14,035 nt of DNA from Candidatus Altarchaeum sp. (lineage in GTDB: Archaea > Altiarchaeota > Altiarchaeia > Altiarchaeales > Altiarchaeaceae), in contig JAGWDQ010000088.1 in the NCBI GenBank assembly GCA_018260615.1, positions 4,262-18,296 on the forward strand, given 5' to 3'. Position 1 is the first letter of the stretch. Every line of letters begins with the position of its first letter. A program made the position numbers and the translations under genes. Positions 1-8,637 of this stretch are shown here, in pieces. The notes under the pieces were generated by a model. It was not told where the DNA came from, ran no database searches, and was given only the letters and a program-made list of their open reading frames with translations.

Positions 1-2025
1 TATAATCCCGACCAAAACGACACCGATGGCGATGGTTATGGAGATGCATGTGAATGTTTGCAGCCCTACATCATAACACAATCAAAAAATGTTACCCGGA
101 ATCAACTTTTTACATTTGAGTCAGGAGTTAAATGTGTTTGTAGTAATTGTGGAAATGTATCAGCAATTCTTGATCCTATTGGAAACTATAGCGTGAACAT
201 AGAGCCGCACGGATGGGAATCACAAACATGGACAACATTATCAACAGTTTCTGATTGTGATGATTGCGGACAGCAACTAAATCTCCCGTTCACTTTCAAT
301 TTCTATGGAACTAATTATAGTAGTGTTTGCGTTTCCTCTAATGGATATATAAGACCTGGCACTGGTACAAATTGTACTGGCTACAGCAATGTACATAACA
401 CATCAAAAATTATTGCCGGACTTGAGCGTGATTTAAATCCATCGACAGGAGGAACAATAAAATATTATTCGTCTTCGTCTAAGGTCGTTATTTTTTACGA
501 TTCGGTCAAATGCTATAGTGGTTGCACAACAAACTCATTTCAGATAGTTCTTTATCCTAATAACACTATAAGAATTCATTATGAGTATCTTTCTGCAACT
601 GATGGTTGGTCCGGAATTAGTAATGGCGTATTAGGTCAAATAGAAGTAAATGAAACAAGTTACGGAAACAGTTATTATTTTTATTATTTGACAGGAGAAT
701 TTGGTAAAGGTATAATCCCGATGAATAACGGAACGCCATTTTATACTATAAATAACAATCCTCAAATATGTCTTAACATGCTTGAAAACCAAACATGCAA
801 TAAAACCTGGCAGGTAAATGCTACTGGAAAGATGGGCAAAACATGGGAGTTTTTCACCATTTTCAATTCAACTTTATCCGGCAGCAGCCAGACAGGTAAA
901 GTAAATATAACAATATCCTGTGTTGACAATGATAATGACAGCATCTGTAGTGATGTAGATAATTGTCCTGTTTACAATCCAAATCAAAACGATAGTGATA
1001 TGGATGGAATCGGAAATGCATGTGATAATTGTTTAAATGTTAACAACACAAACCAAACTGATAGTGATAATGACGGAATCGGAAATGCCTGTGATAATTG
1101 CCCTTATACTTATAATCCCGACCAAAACGACACCGATGGCGATGGTTATGGAGATGCATGTGAATGTTTGCAGCCCTACATCATAACACAATCAAAAAAT
1201 GTTACCCGGAATCAACTTTTTACATTTGAGTCAGGAGTTAAATGTGTTTGTAGTAATTGTGGAAATGTATCAGCAATTCTTGATCCTATTGGAAACTATA
1301 GCGTGAACATAGAGCCGCACGGATGGGAATCACAAACATGGACAACATTATCAACAGTTTCTGATTGTGATGATTGCGGACAGCAACTAAATCTCCCGTT
1401 CACTTTCAATTTCTATGGAACTAATTATAGTAGTGTTTGCGTTTCCTCTAATGGATATATAAGACCTGGCACTGGTACAAATTGTACTGGCTACAGCAAT
1501 GTACATAACACATCAAAAATTATTGCCGGACTTGAGCGTGATTTAAATCCATCGACAGGAGGAACAATAAAATATTATTCGTCTTCGTCTAAGGTCGTTA
1601 TTTTTTACGATTCGGTCAAATGCTATAGTGGTTGCACAACAAACTCATTTCAGATAGTTCTTTATCCTAATAACACTATAAGAATTCATTATGAGTATCT
1701 TTCTGCAACTGATGGTTGGTCCGGAATTAGTAATGGCGTATTAGGTCAAATAGAAGTAAATGAAACAAGTTACGGAAACAGTTATTATTTTTATTATTTG
1801 ACAGGAGAATTTGGTAAAGGTATAATCCCGATGAATAACGGAACACCATTTTATACTATCAACAGCAATCCTCAAATATGTTCCAACATGCATGAAAACC
1901 AAACATGCAATAAAACCTGGCAGGTAAATGCCACTGGTGCGGTGGGCAAAACATGGGAGTTCTTCACTATTTTCAATTCAACTTTGGCAGGCAACAGCCA
2001 GACGGGTAAAGTAAATATAACAATA
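1..2025 (+). repeat. Intragenic direct repeat, period 1110 bp (1..915 vs 1111..2025)
   Basis: No differences found by eye between 1..734 and 1111..1844; 20 substitutions between 735..915 and 1845..2025. Confidence 0.95.
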
Positions 2026-2844
2026 ATTAACCAGTCTGCGCACTGCGGCTGCGATAATGGAACCTACAATTACACATGCGGCGAAACGTTAATGAAGTCC
2101 TGCGTGATGAATTGTAATATAACTTATAATAGCACCTGCTTTACAGTTGGAGCAAATAATATTACAATTAACGGTAATGGATACAGCATAACAGGAAACG
2201 GTGATTTGGGACATAATGGAATTTATGCAAATGGAAAAAATAAAGCAATTATAAAGAATTTTAACATTTATAATTTTAGCTATGGAATTTATATGTCTTC
2301 CTCAAATAACAACTTTATAACTAATAACACAGTAAATTCAAATAGTCGTGGAATTCGTTTAGATTATTCCTCAAATAACACACTAACCAAGAACACCGCA
2401 AATAATAATACTTACTATGGATTTTATTTAGAGTCCTCAAACAACAACACTATAATCAACAACACCGCAAATTCAAATGATTACGGAATCGATTTATCTT
2501 ATTCCTCAAATAACAACCTAAACTCAAATTTTGTCTGTGGAAATATAAATTTGGATATCAATTCAAACAATTGGCAATCAAGTGGAGATAATAACACTTG
2601 TGATAAAGCAAATAAGTGGAAAGATAGCAATATAACAACAGGAGCAATTGGATGTAAATGGAAATGTCAAATAAATAAAGCAAACGATATATTTGATGCA
2701 GTTGAAATGCTTGAATATTTAAGCGGAGAGAAAGAATTAGAAAATTTAACTTACCCTAAAGCATATTATGATTTGAATAATGATGAGGTAATAACTTTAT
2801 TTGATGTTTTTGCTTTAATTGATAATATTGCTACCAGTAACTAA
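1..2844 (+). CDS. Large cell-surface glycoprotein, 5'-truncated: thrombospondin type-3 repeats, two 370-aa modules with a NIDO-like domain, parallel beta-helix (NosD/CASH-like) and a C-terminal dockerin-like domain
   Basis: Frame 1 is open from base 1 ([23 protein letters not shown]...), so the TTG at 58 is probably not the real start. TSP3 motifs [28 protein letters not shown] and [11 protein letters not shown]; NIDO-like [25 protein letters not shown]; Asn-rich repeats [14 protein letters not shown] / [14 protein letters not shown]; C-terminal [17 protein letters not shown]; many N-x-S/T sequons. Confidence 0.85.
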   Translation, partial: YNPDQNDTDGDGYGDACECLQPYIITQSKNVTRNQLFTFESGVKCVCSNCGNVSAILDPIGNYSVNIEPHGWESQTWTTLSTVSDCDDCGQQLNLPFTFNFYGTNYSSVCVSSNGYIRPGTGTNCTGYSNVHNTSKIIAGLERDLNPSTGGTIKYYSSSSKVVIFYDSVKCYSGCTTNSFQIVLYPNNTIRIHYEYLSATDGWSGISNGVLGQIEVNETSYGNSYYFYYLTGEFGKGIIPMNNGTPFYTINNNPQICLNMLENQTCNKTWQVNATGKMGKTWEFFTIFNSTLSGSSQTGKVNITISCVDNDNDSICSDVDNCPVYNPNQNDSDMDGIGNACDNCLNVNNTNQTDSDNDGIGNACDNCPYTYNPDQNDTDGDGYGDACECLQPYIITQSKNVTRNQLFTFESGVKCVCSNCGNVSAILDPIGNYSVNIEPHGWESQTWTTLSTVSDCDDCGQQLNLPFTFNFYGTNYSSVCVSSNGYIRPGTGTNCTGYSNVHNTSKIIAGLERDLNPSTGGTIKYYSSSSKVVIFYDSVKCYSGCTTNSFQIVLYPNNTIRIHYEYLSATDGWSGISNGVLGQIEVNETSYGNSYYFYYLTGEFGKGIIPMNNGTPFYTINSNPQICSNMHENQTCNKTWQVNATGAVGKTWEFFTIFNSTLAGNSQTGKVNITIINQSAHCGCDNGTYNYTCGETLMKSCVMNCNITYNSTCFTVGANNITINGNGYSITGNGDLGHNGIYANGKNKAIIKNFNIYNFSYGIYMSSSNNNFITNNTVNSNSRGIRLDYSSNNTLTKNTANNNTYYGFYLESSNNNTIINNTANSNDYGIDLSYSSNNNLNSNFVCGNINLDINSNNWQSSGDNNTCDKANKWKDSNITTGAIGCKWKCQINKANDIFDAVEMLEYLSGEKELENLTYPKAYYDLNNDEVITLFDVFALIDNIATSN

Positions 2845-2894
2845 ACTATACACTAAATTTATAAATTTTATCTTATTTAAAAGTATGTTTTAAA

Positions 2895-4199
2895 ATGATT
2901 CTTGCCGACTTTCATTTACACAGCAAATACAGCAGGGCAACAAGTCCGCTGATGAATATTATTGATTTGGGAAAAGCAGCAAAAGACAAAGGTCTAAATT
3001 TACTTGGCACAGGTGATTTTACCCATCCAATGTATTTTGCTGAATTAAAGGAAAATTTAACGAAATTTAACGATGGGATTTTCATTGAGCAAAAGAGCGG
3101 GACAAAATTTATCCTCACAACAGAGATATGCCTGATATTCAGCAAAGAAATAAACAAAGTTAAGAAAGTAAGAAAGGTTCATCTGCTGGTGTTTGCAAAA
3201 AATTTTGAAATTGCCGGACAAATCAATGACTGGCTTTCAAAGGTTGGAAATTTAAAGGCAGACGGTAGACCGATATTCGGAATGAATGCGGTTGATTTTA
3301 CGGAGAAAATTCTGGAAATTTCAGGGGAAAATTTTATCGTGCCGGCGCATCTCTGGACTCCTTGGTTCGGAATTTTGGGTTCAAAATCCGGCTTTGATAC
3401 AATAGAGGAATGTTTTGAGGATAAAAGTAAGGAAATTTATGCGGTTGAGACGGGTTTATCCTCGGATCCCTTGATGAACTGGCGATTAAGCAAGCTTGAC
3501 AAATACGCATTGATTTCAAATTCCGATTCGCACAGTTTGCACAATCTCGGAAGGGAATGCAACGCTTTCAATTTTGATGAGGAAAAAGTAAAATACAGCG
3601 ATATTATTGATGCCATAAAATTTAAAGATAAGGAGAAATTTTTGTTTACCGTTGAAGTTCCGCCTGAATTCGGCAAATATCATTATACAGGACACAGGAA
3701 TTGTAATTTTTCATGCTCGCCAAAGGAAGCAATAAATTTACACAACATCTGTCCGGTTTGCAAAAATCCATTAACAATCGGTGTTGAACAAAGGGTTGAG
3801 GAACTTGCAGACAGGAAAAGCGGTTTTATTCCCGCAGATGCGATTCCGTTTAAGAATATAATTCCATTGTGGGAAATTTGTGAGAAATTTAAGGTTAAAG
3901 ACAAGGAGAAAATTTTGCTCGGAAAATTTAATAACGAGATGAATGTTTTGCTTAATGCCCCGATTGAAGAACTGGTGAAAACTGATGAAAATATCGGAAA
4001 TGTTATTGATGCCTTGCGAAATAATAAACACATCGTTAAGCCGGGATATGACGGCGTCTACGGAGAAATTTTCACCGAAGGCGGCAATAAATCTCAAGGA
4101 GATAAAGAAAAAGGTAAAGAAAAAGAAAAAAGCAAAGGTAAAGAAAAAGAAAAAAGCAAAGGTAAAGAAAGGCAGAAAGGACTTGGTGAATTTTTATAA
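2895..4199 (+). CDS. endoQ: Endonuclease Q family protein (PHP domain plus Zn ribbon) with C-terminal PIP box
   Basis: PHP motifs DFHLHSKYS, GTGDFTHP, PAHLWTPWF, ETGLSSDP, SNSDSHS; Zn-binding GKYHYTGHRNC...CPVC; GYDGVYG; terminal QKGLGEFL. Confidence 0.88.
   Translation: MILADFHLHSKYSRATSPLMNIIDLGKAAKDKGLNLLGTGDFTHPMYFAELKENLTKFNDGIFIEQKSGTKFILTTEICLIFSKEINKVKKVRKVHLLVFAKNFEIAGQINDWLSKVGNLKADGRPIFGMNAVDFTEKILEISGENFIVPAHLWTPWFGILGSKSGFDTIEECFEDKSKEIYAVETGLSSDPLMNWRLSKLDKYALISNSDSHSLHNLGRECNAFNFDEEKVKYSDIIDAIKFKDKEKFLFTVEVPPEFGKYHYTGHRNCNFSCSPKEAINLHNICPVCKNPLTIGVEQRVEELADRKSGFIPADAIPFKNIIPLWEICEKFKVKDKEKILLGKFNNEMNVLLNAPIEELVKTDENIGNVIDALRNNKHIVKPGYDGVYGEIFTEGGNKSQGDKEKGKEKEKSKGKEKEKSKGKERQKGLGEFL
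4110..4170 (+). repeat. 24-bp in-frame tandem repeat, about 2.5 copies, encoding KGKEKEKS
   Basis: aaaggtaaagaaaaagaaaaaagc at 4110 and 4134, partial copy at 4158. Confidence 0.9.
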
Positions 4200-4255
4200 A
4201 TTTAAAAAATTTTAATATCACCTCACTTCGTTCGGAGATTTAAAAAACTTCGTTT

Positions 4256-4493
4256 TTAATATGCCAGAAAAGATATTTCGGCACGCACCTTTTTTAGAAA
4301 TATGTGTAAAAAAGTAAGTTCGCTTCGCTCTCATTTTAAAATTTCATAAATTTTAAAAGATTGAAAACCTGTAGTTTTCAGTATATTTCAAAGGCAAGCT
4401 TTGAAATTGCACCAAAAAACAGATATTTAAATTTTTCCTGAATAATCTACTCTGAAATTACCAATTGCTTAATATGCCAGAAAAGATATTTCG
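4256..4493. repeat. 25-bp exact direct repeat (4256..4280 and 4469..4493) duplicating the 3' end of the 4469..5065 gene
   Basis: ttaatatgccagaaaagatatttcg occurs twice; on the minus strand it encodes EISFLAY*. Confidence 0.9.
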
Positions 4494-5065
4494 CAGTTTG
4501 ACATTTTTTCACAAAACTCCAGTTCGGGAGTTATCTTTCTTGATTCAAAAATAGCCATACTTGCTCCTTCCCAAAAAAGAAACCAGCCGGCCGGCTCCAT
4601 CACAACAATAATAAAACTTGTCAAAAGGTCTTTTTCTGCACCAAACAGAAGAAATGTCGCTATAAACATTAAAACAATTCCAAAGGTTATAAATATTCCG
4701 CCTTCTTTCATTATTTTTCTCCTGCGTTTATTAAGATGTCCCAACTCATTATTAAAATGTTCAGTTAGCCGTTTTTTAATTATTGTCTCGTCAGATATAT
4801 TTCTTTTATTTGCAGGAATGAGAAATTTTAATTCAATTGTTTCGGATGACTTTTTCTTAACTGCCTTTTTTGCTTCGGCCAAAAAATCGTCTGACATTCC
4901 TCTTTCATCATAAGGTCTCGGGTCAAAATCAGAAAAAATATCATCATAAGTGTCCAATATCAAACTTACTTCTGATAATTTAAGCAGTTTTTCTTTTTCA
5001 TCTTCTAATCCTGCGGACTGAAAATTATTCTCTTTTCCGTTAATATTCTTTCCTGATAGTACCAT
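4469..5065 (-). CDS. Hypothetical membrane protein, 198 aa, two predicted transmembrane helices
   Basis: Clean ORF; acidic LILDTYDDIFSDFDPRPY motif; hydrophobic segments GGIFITFGIVLMFIATFLLF and LLTSFIIVVMEPAGWFLFWEG. Confidence 0.8.
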   Translation of the reverse strand: MVLSGKNINGKENNFQSAGLEDEKEKLLKLSEVSLILDTYDDIFSDFDPRPYDERGMSDDFLAEAKKAVKKKSSETIELKFLIPANKRNISDETIIKKRLTEHFNNELGHLNKRRRKIMKEGGIFITFGIVLMFIATFLLFGAEKDLLTSFIIVVMEPAGWFLFWEGASMAIFESRKITPELEFCEKMSNCEISFLAY

Positions 5066-5120
5066 TTGATTAAAATTTGATAATATATCAATTATAAAAT
5101 TTACATTTTCTAAAAATATA

Positions 5121-5379
5121 GTAACTATTCCGCAACCTAAAAAATTAAGGGTAATTTAAAAATCCAGTGGATTTTTAAAGATTGAAAATCTTGCAGATTT
5201 TCAGTAATTTTTTGAAATTTTCACAGGTAATAAAAAAATCACGCTGATTTTTTTAGATTGAAAACTTGTAGTTTTCAGTATTTAAAAATCTTGTAGATTT
5301 TTAAAGATTGAAAATCTTGTAGATTTTCAGTAATTTTTTGAAATTTTCACAGGAAGTTTTGTAACCTCCGGATAGTTAC
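5121..5379. mobile_element. Degenerate MITE-like element, sister of 5387..5582
   Basis: Ends gtaactattccg / ccggatagttac (8 bp exact inverted, 11 bp with one indel); shares subterminal cctaaaaaatta..ggtaa and hairpin units with the adjacent MITE; no clean target-site duplication. Confidence 0.55.
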
Positions 5380-5386
5380 ATAAATT

Positions 5387-5582
5387 GTAACTACTCACCC
5401 GTCCTAAAAAATTACAGGTAAATTTTTGATTTTTACGCTCACTCCGTTCGTGTATTTTAAAATTTCGTAAATTTTAAAATTGTATTTTTTTGAAATTTTC
5501 ACGGGTAATTTAAAAATCTTGCAGATTTTTAAAGATTGAAAACTCATAGTTTTCAGTAATTTCCTACCCCGTGAGTAGTTAC
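5387..5582. mobile_element. 196-bp MITE with 12-bp perfect terminal inverted repeats and 8-bp target-site duplication
   Basis: GTAACTACTCAC (5387..5398) and GTGAGTAGTTAC (5571..5582), flanked by cataaatt at 5379..5386 and 5583..5590; non-coding, hairpin-rich interior. Confidence 0.85.
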
Positions 5583-5601
5583 CATAAATTCCTTTAATCT
5601 T

Positions 5602-6246
5602 TCAGATGAACTTAAATTTTTTGAAATATTTTTTCATTTCCATGAATTTTCCAAAATCCATTCTATAAAATTTTTGTGATTGTCTGATGTCGGAAAATAA
5701 AATCCTCATGACACCTGTGATTTCCTTTTTTCCAACGGTTTCTATTACGACACTCCACTCAATATTTTTAAAATACTTATCCAAAATAGCCAGCAGGTCG
5801 GAAAGGTCTTTCTCACCTTTTGCACTTCCCATCCTGTCAATAGCCGACTTTAATTTCATTGTTACTAAATTAGTAATTGATGCAACGCCCACCAGATGAG
5901 CGTTAATTGCTTTTTGGACAGCACTGTTTATCACTCTTTTAGCATCAAACCCGGCAACAGTTTCATCATAAACATCAATTTCAATCTTATCTCTGTCGTA
6001 AAGCATTGCAAAGCCCTTATTCCCGAGATGTCCGCCGTATGTCTCTGAAAATCCCAACGAGATTAGAAAATTTTTTAGTTTCCGGTAATCCTCTTTACTT
6101 ACAACTAAATCTATGTCTCTTGATTTCATGTAAGGATTATATATCCATATTGCCCAGCCGCCAATAAGCACAAACATAAAATTATGCTCTTTTTGAGCAT
6201 CAATTATCTGCTTCAGTGTTTCAAGGGATTTATCGTATATGTCCAT
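5602..6246 (-). CDS. Nucleotidyltransferase, AbiEii-like type IV toxin
   Basis: FVLIGGWAI...SRDIDLVV (GG + DxD) and the C-terminal signature MKLKSAIDR...KGEKDLSDL; begins 20 bp after the partner gene. Confidence 0.75.
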   Translation of the reverse strand: MDIYDKSLETLKQIIDAQKEHNFMFVLIGGWAIWIYNPYMKSRDIDLVVSKEDYRKLKNFLISLGFSETYGGHLGNKGFAMLYDRDKIEIDVYDETVAGFDAKRVINSAVQKAINAHLVGVASITNLVTMKLKSAIDRMGSAKGEKDLSDLLAILDKYFKNIEWSVVIETVGKKEITGVMRILFSDIRQSQKFYRMDFGKFMEMKKYFKKFKFI

Positions 6247-6266
6247 TTTAAATTTTATTTTGATTA

Positions 6267-6860
6267 TTAACGCATTAAATCATAAATTTCTGCCATCTCG
6301 TAAGCAACCCTCACCCCGCTCCCGCCGGCAATCATCAAATCCACATAATTCTGCACCACTGAGACAATATTAAAGCCGTCTGTCTTTTCTGTGGATTCAA
6401 ATATCTTTTCATCACCTTTATAAACAATAAATTTTGTCGGTTCATTCACTTTTTTGCCAAATTTATTTATAAATTCTTCCGGTTTTTGGACATATATCTC
6501 AAACGAATCCGTTCGCATGAATTTTATCCTGTACCACGCCGCCCTGAATAAGGTTAATGCATAGCCCTCTTTATCTTTTAATAAGTTCTCAATTTCTTTT
6601 TCATCAAGTGAGGTTTCTACAAAAACCGGCTCGGGCATTTTTCGCATGTTTGCCCATTTATTTAATAATTTTGAAAACCCGATTAAAACAACCTGATTTT
6701 TATACGGTCTTGCGATAATATTCTCCTTCCGGAATTTTTTCATTAATTTACATACATACGGTCTGGAACAGGAAGATTTCTCTGCCAAATCCTTTTGCAT
6801 CCACTTCTGCTTTGGATGTTCAGTCAGCATTCTTATTATTTTTTCTGTTGAGGATTCCAT
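6267..6860 (-). CDS. wHTH transcriptional regulator, AbiEi-like type IV antitoxin
   Basis: N-terminal HTH (QKDLAEKSSCSRPYVCKLMKKF); C-terminal SVVQNYVDLMIAGGSG resembling AbiEi_2/DUF2186-type domains; directly upstream of an NTase. Confidence 0.72.
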   Translation of the reverse strand: MESSTEKIIRMLTEHPKQKWMQKDLAEKSSCSRPYVCKLMKKFRKENIIARPYKNQVVLIGFSKLLNKWANMRKMPEPVFVETSLDEKEIENLLKDKEGYALTLFRAAWYRIKFMRTDSFEIYVQKPEEFINKFGKKVNEPTKFIVYKGDEKIFESTEKTDGFNIVSVVQNYVDLMIAGGSGVRVAYEMAEIYDLMR

Positions 6861-6887
6861 ATTTAAATATTAAATTTATTTATAAAA

Positions 6888-6907
6888 AATTAACCTTTTG
6901 GTTAATT
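6888..6907. promoter_or_regulatory. Palindromic operator upstream of the TA operon, next to a TATA-like tract
   Basis: aattaacc-tttt-ggttaatt, 28-47 bp upstream of the antitoxin ATG; minus-strand tatatataa lies directly upstream. Confidence 0.55.
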
Positions 6908-6975
6908 ATATATATTTAATTTCCGCACACAAATTTGTGTTTTTTATCGTACAGGAAAGTTCGTTTTATTATCCT

Positions 6976-7281
6976 CACACCAAGACACAGTCACCTCGCT
7001 ATTCACCTCGCTGTTGTTCGGAGATTTAAAAAAATCTGTTGATTTTTAAAATACTGAAAATCTGTAAGATTTTCAATCTTTAAAAATCTGTTGATTTTTA
7101 AATCACCTCATTTCATTCGGAGATTTTCAAATCTCTGCGATTTGAAAATGCTCGGAGATTTTCAAAACTCTCACCTCGCTCCTGCTCGGAGATTTTCAAA
7201 ACTTCGCGTTTTGAAAATGCGTTTTGAAAAAGACACAAAGGAGTTATATTCTGTAACTTGGTGACTTTGTGGCTTTGTGTG
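6976..7281. repeat. Hairpin-rich intergenic array with imperfect terminal inverted repeats (possible old MITE)
   Basis: cacaccaagacacagtcacc vs the reverse complement of 7260..7281, cacacaaagccacaaagtcacc (18/22 with a 2-nt gap); flanks attatcct / aatattct (6/8); three GA-hairpins and several AT hairpins inside. Confidence 0.5.
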
Positions 7282-7362
7282 AATATTCTTCTGATTTTTT
7301 TATTTATAATATTTATAATTGATTTATAATTTACCGAAATGTGGGTTTCAAAAAATTAATCA

Positions 7363-8637
7363 ATGAAATCAAAATATCAGTCCTGGGACAATCCGAGATG
7401 CGAAATTTTAAAGGCAATGTCCGAACATCTCCCGATGTCAAAAAATTTATGCTTAATTTGTAAAGGCGGAAGATTGCTTTGCGGAAGGCAGACATGTCCT
7501 TTAATTAAGAAATTTTTAATTCAGGAACCGCTGCAGCATAAAATTTCCACTTTAATGTTTGGAAAATCGCCTTCAATTTTTGTCGGATGGAAAAATTACC
7601 CGAATATTTTTGTAGGTCCTTTAACATCATTAGATAATGAAAAGGTTGAAATCGCTGACAATCCGTCTTTGCTTTACAGTTCAAATTTTGACGAAATTAT
7701 AAAAATCAGGTCATTGCTCGTCAGGGGAATGTTCAGGCAGAATGTCCGCGAAATTTCAAATTTTTCCCAAAAGAACAAAGAAATTGCTCTCTCAGTCAAA
7801 CCAATTGACATTGAGACAAAATTTAAGTCGCTGCCTGAATTTAAAATTTCATTCTCTCCGATTTCACAGCCGATGGGACCTACGGGCGAACTGACTGACC
7901 TGCGAATTGCAGAAAATCCGAAAATTCCAAAAGGTGTTGATGAGGTTATTGATGAAAATTTAAATGTTACAAACACCTTAAAAATTTTGCACGAAGAGAG
8001 AAATTTTGACATTTATTATCTGATAAAGGCATTTTCTTCCGGTGCATTCGGAATGAAAGAGAAACGATTAGTTCCGACAAGGTGGAGCATAACTGCAACT
8101 GATGACATTCTCGGAAAAATTTTTATTAAGGAAATTAAAGAATACGAAAAAATTGCCGAAATTACCGTTTTTTCAAATACCTATCTTTTTAATCATTTTG
8201 AAATTTTGCTCATTCCGGGAAACTGGGAATTTGAGCAGTTTGAAGCATGGGCACCGGAAACATTATGGACAAAAGGAATAACCGACTATGCGATAAATTT
8301 AGAGGCGGAATATTACAAAGGTAGGAATGATTATGCAATTAAAGAAGGAGGAGGTTATTATGCGGCGAGATTTGCCGTTCTGGAATATTTAAGGAAGATA
8401 AAGAAACAGGCAAGAGTGATTATTTTCAGGGAAATTTATGAGGGTTATATTATGCCGGTCGGGGTTTGGGAAGTGCGGGAGAATGTCAGAAATGCGTTTA
8501 AAAACAAAGAGAGAAAATTTTCAAATATCCATGATGCGCTGAATGATATGGCAAAATATTTGAAGGTTCCGATGAGGGAATATTTAAAGAGGAGCGAAAT
8601 TATGGTGCAGAAACGGCTGGACATCGGCCCTTTTTGA
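7363..8637 (+). CDS. nre: Nre family PCNA-associated DNA repair protein
   Basis: N-terminal Zn motif LCLICKGGRLLCGRQTCP; FGKSPSIFVGWKNYPNIFVGP; KRLVPTRWSITATDD; GGYYAARFAV; PVGVWEVRENVR; terminal QKRL. The true start may be the ATG at 7417 or 7435. Confidence 0.88.
   Translation: MKSKYQSWDNPRCEILKAMSEHLPMSKNLCLICKGGRLLCGRQTCPLIKKFLIQEPLQHKISTLMFGKSPSIFVGWKNYPNIFVGPLTSLDNEKVEIADNPSLLYSSNFDEIIKIRSLLVRGMFRQNVREISNFSQKNKEIALSVKPIDIETKFKSLPEFKISFSPISQPMGPTGELTDLRIAENPKIPKGVDEVIDENLNVTNTLKILHEERNFDIYYLIKAFSSGAFGMKEKRLVPTRWSITATDDILGKIFIKEIKEYEKIAEITVFSNTYLFNHFEILLIPGNWEFEQFEAWAPETLWTKGITDYAINLEAEYYKGRNDYAIKEGGGYYAARFAVLEYLRKIKKQARVIIFREIYEGYIMPVGVWEVRENVRNAFKNKERKFSNIHDALNDMAKYLKVPMREYLKRSEIMVQKRLDIGPF

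Noticed and set aside
58-60. TTG as the start of the surface protein
   Set aside because: The frame is open to base 1, the upstream codons match the internal TSP3 repeat, and there is no signal peptide at 58.
735-2025. Diversity-generating retroelement TR/VR pair in the surface protein
   Set aside because: The 20 differences include many C/T changes and are not adenine-specific; no reverse transcriptase in the window.
3985-4215. 76-aa Lys-rich ORF
   Set aside because: Alternative frame of the EndoQ 24-bp repeat.
5100-7300. Autonomous IS or integrase driving the MITEs
   Set aside because: No transposase or recombinase ORF or recognisable fragment in the window.
2895-8637. EndoQ-Nre DNA-repair operon
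   Set aside because: The genes are over 3 kb apart, separated by three opposite-strand genes and repeat arrays.
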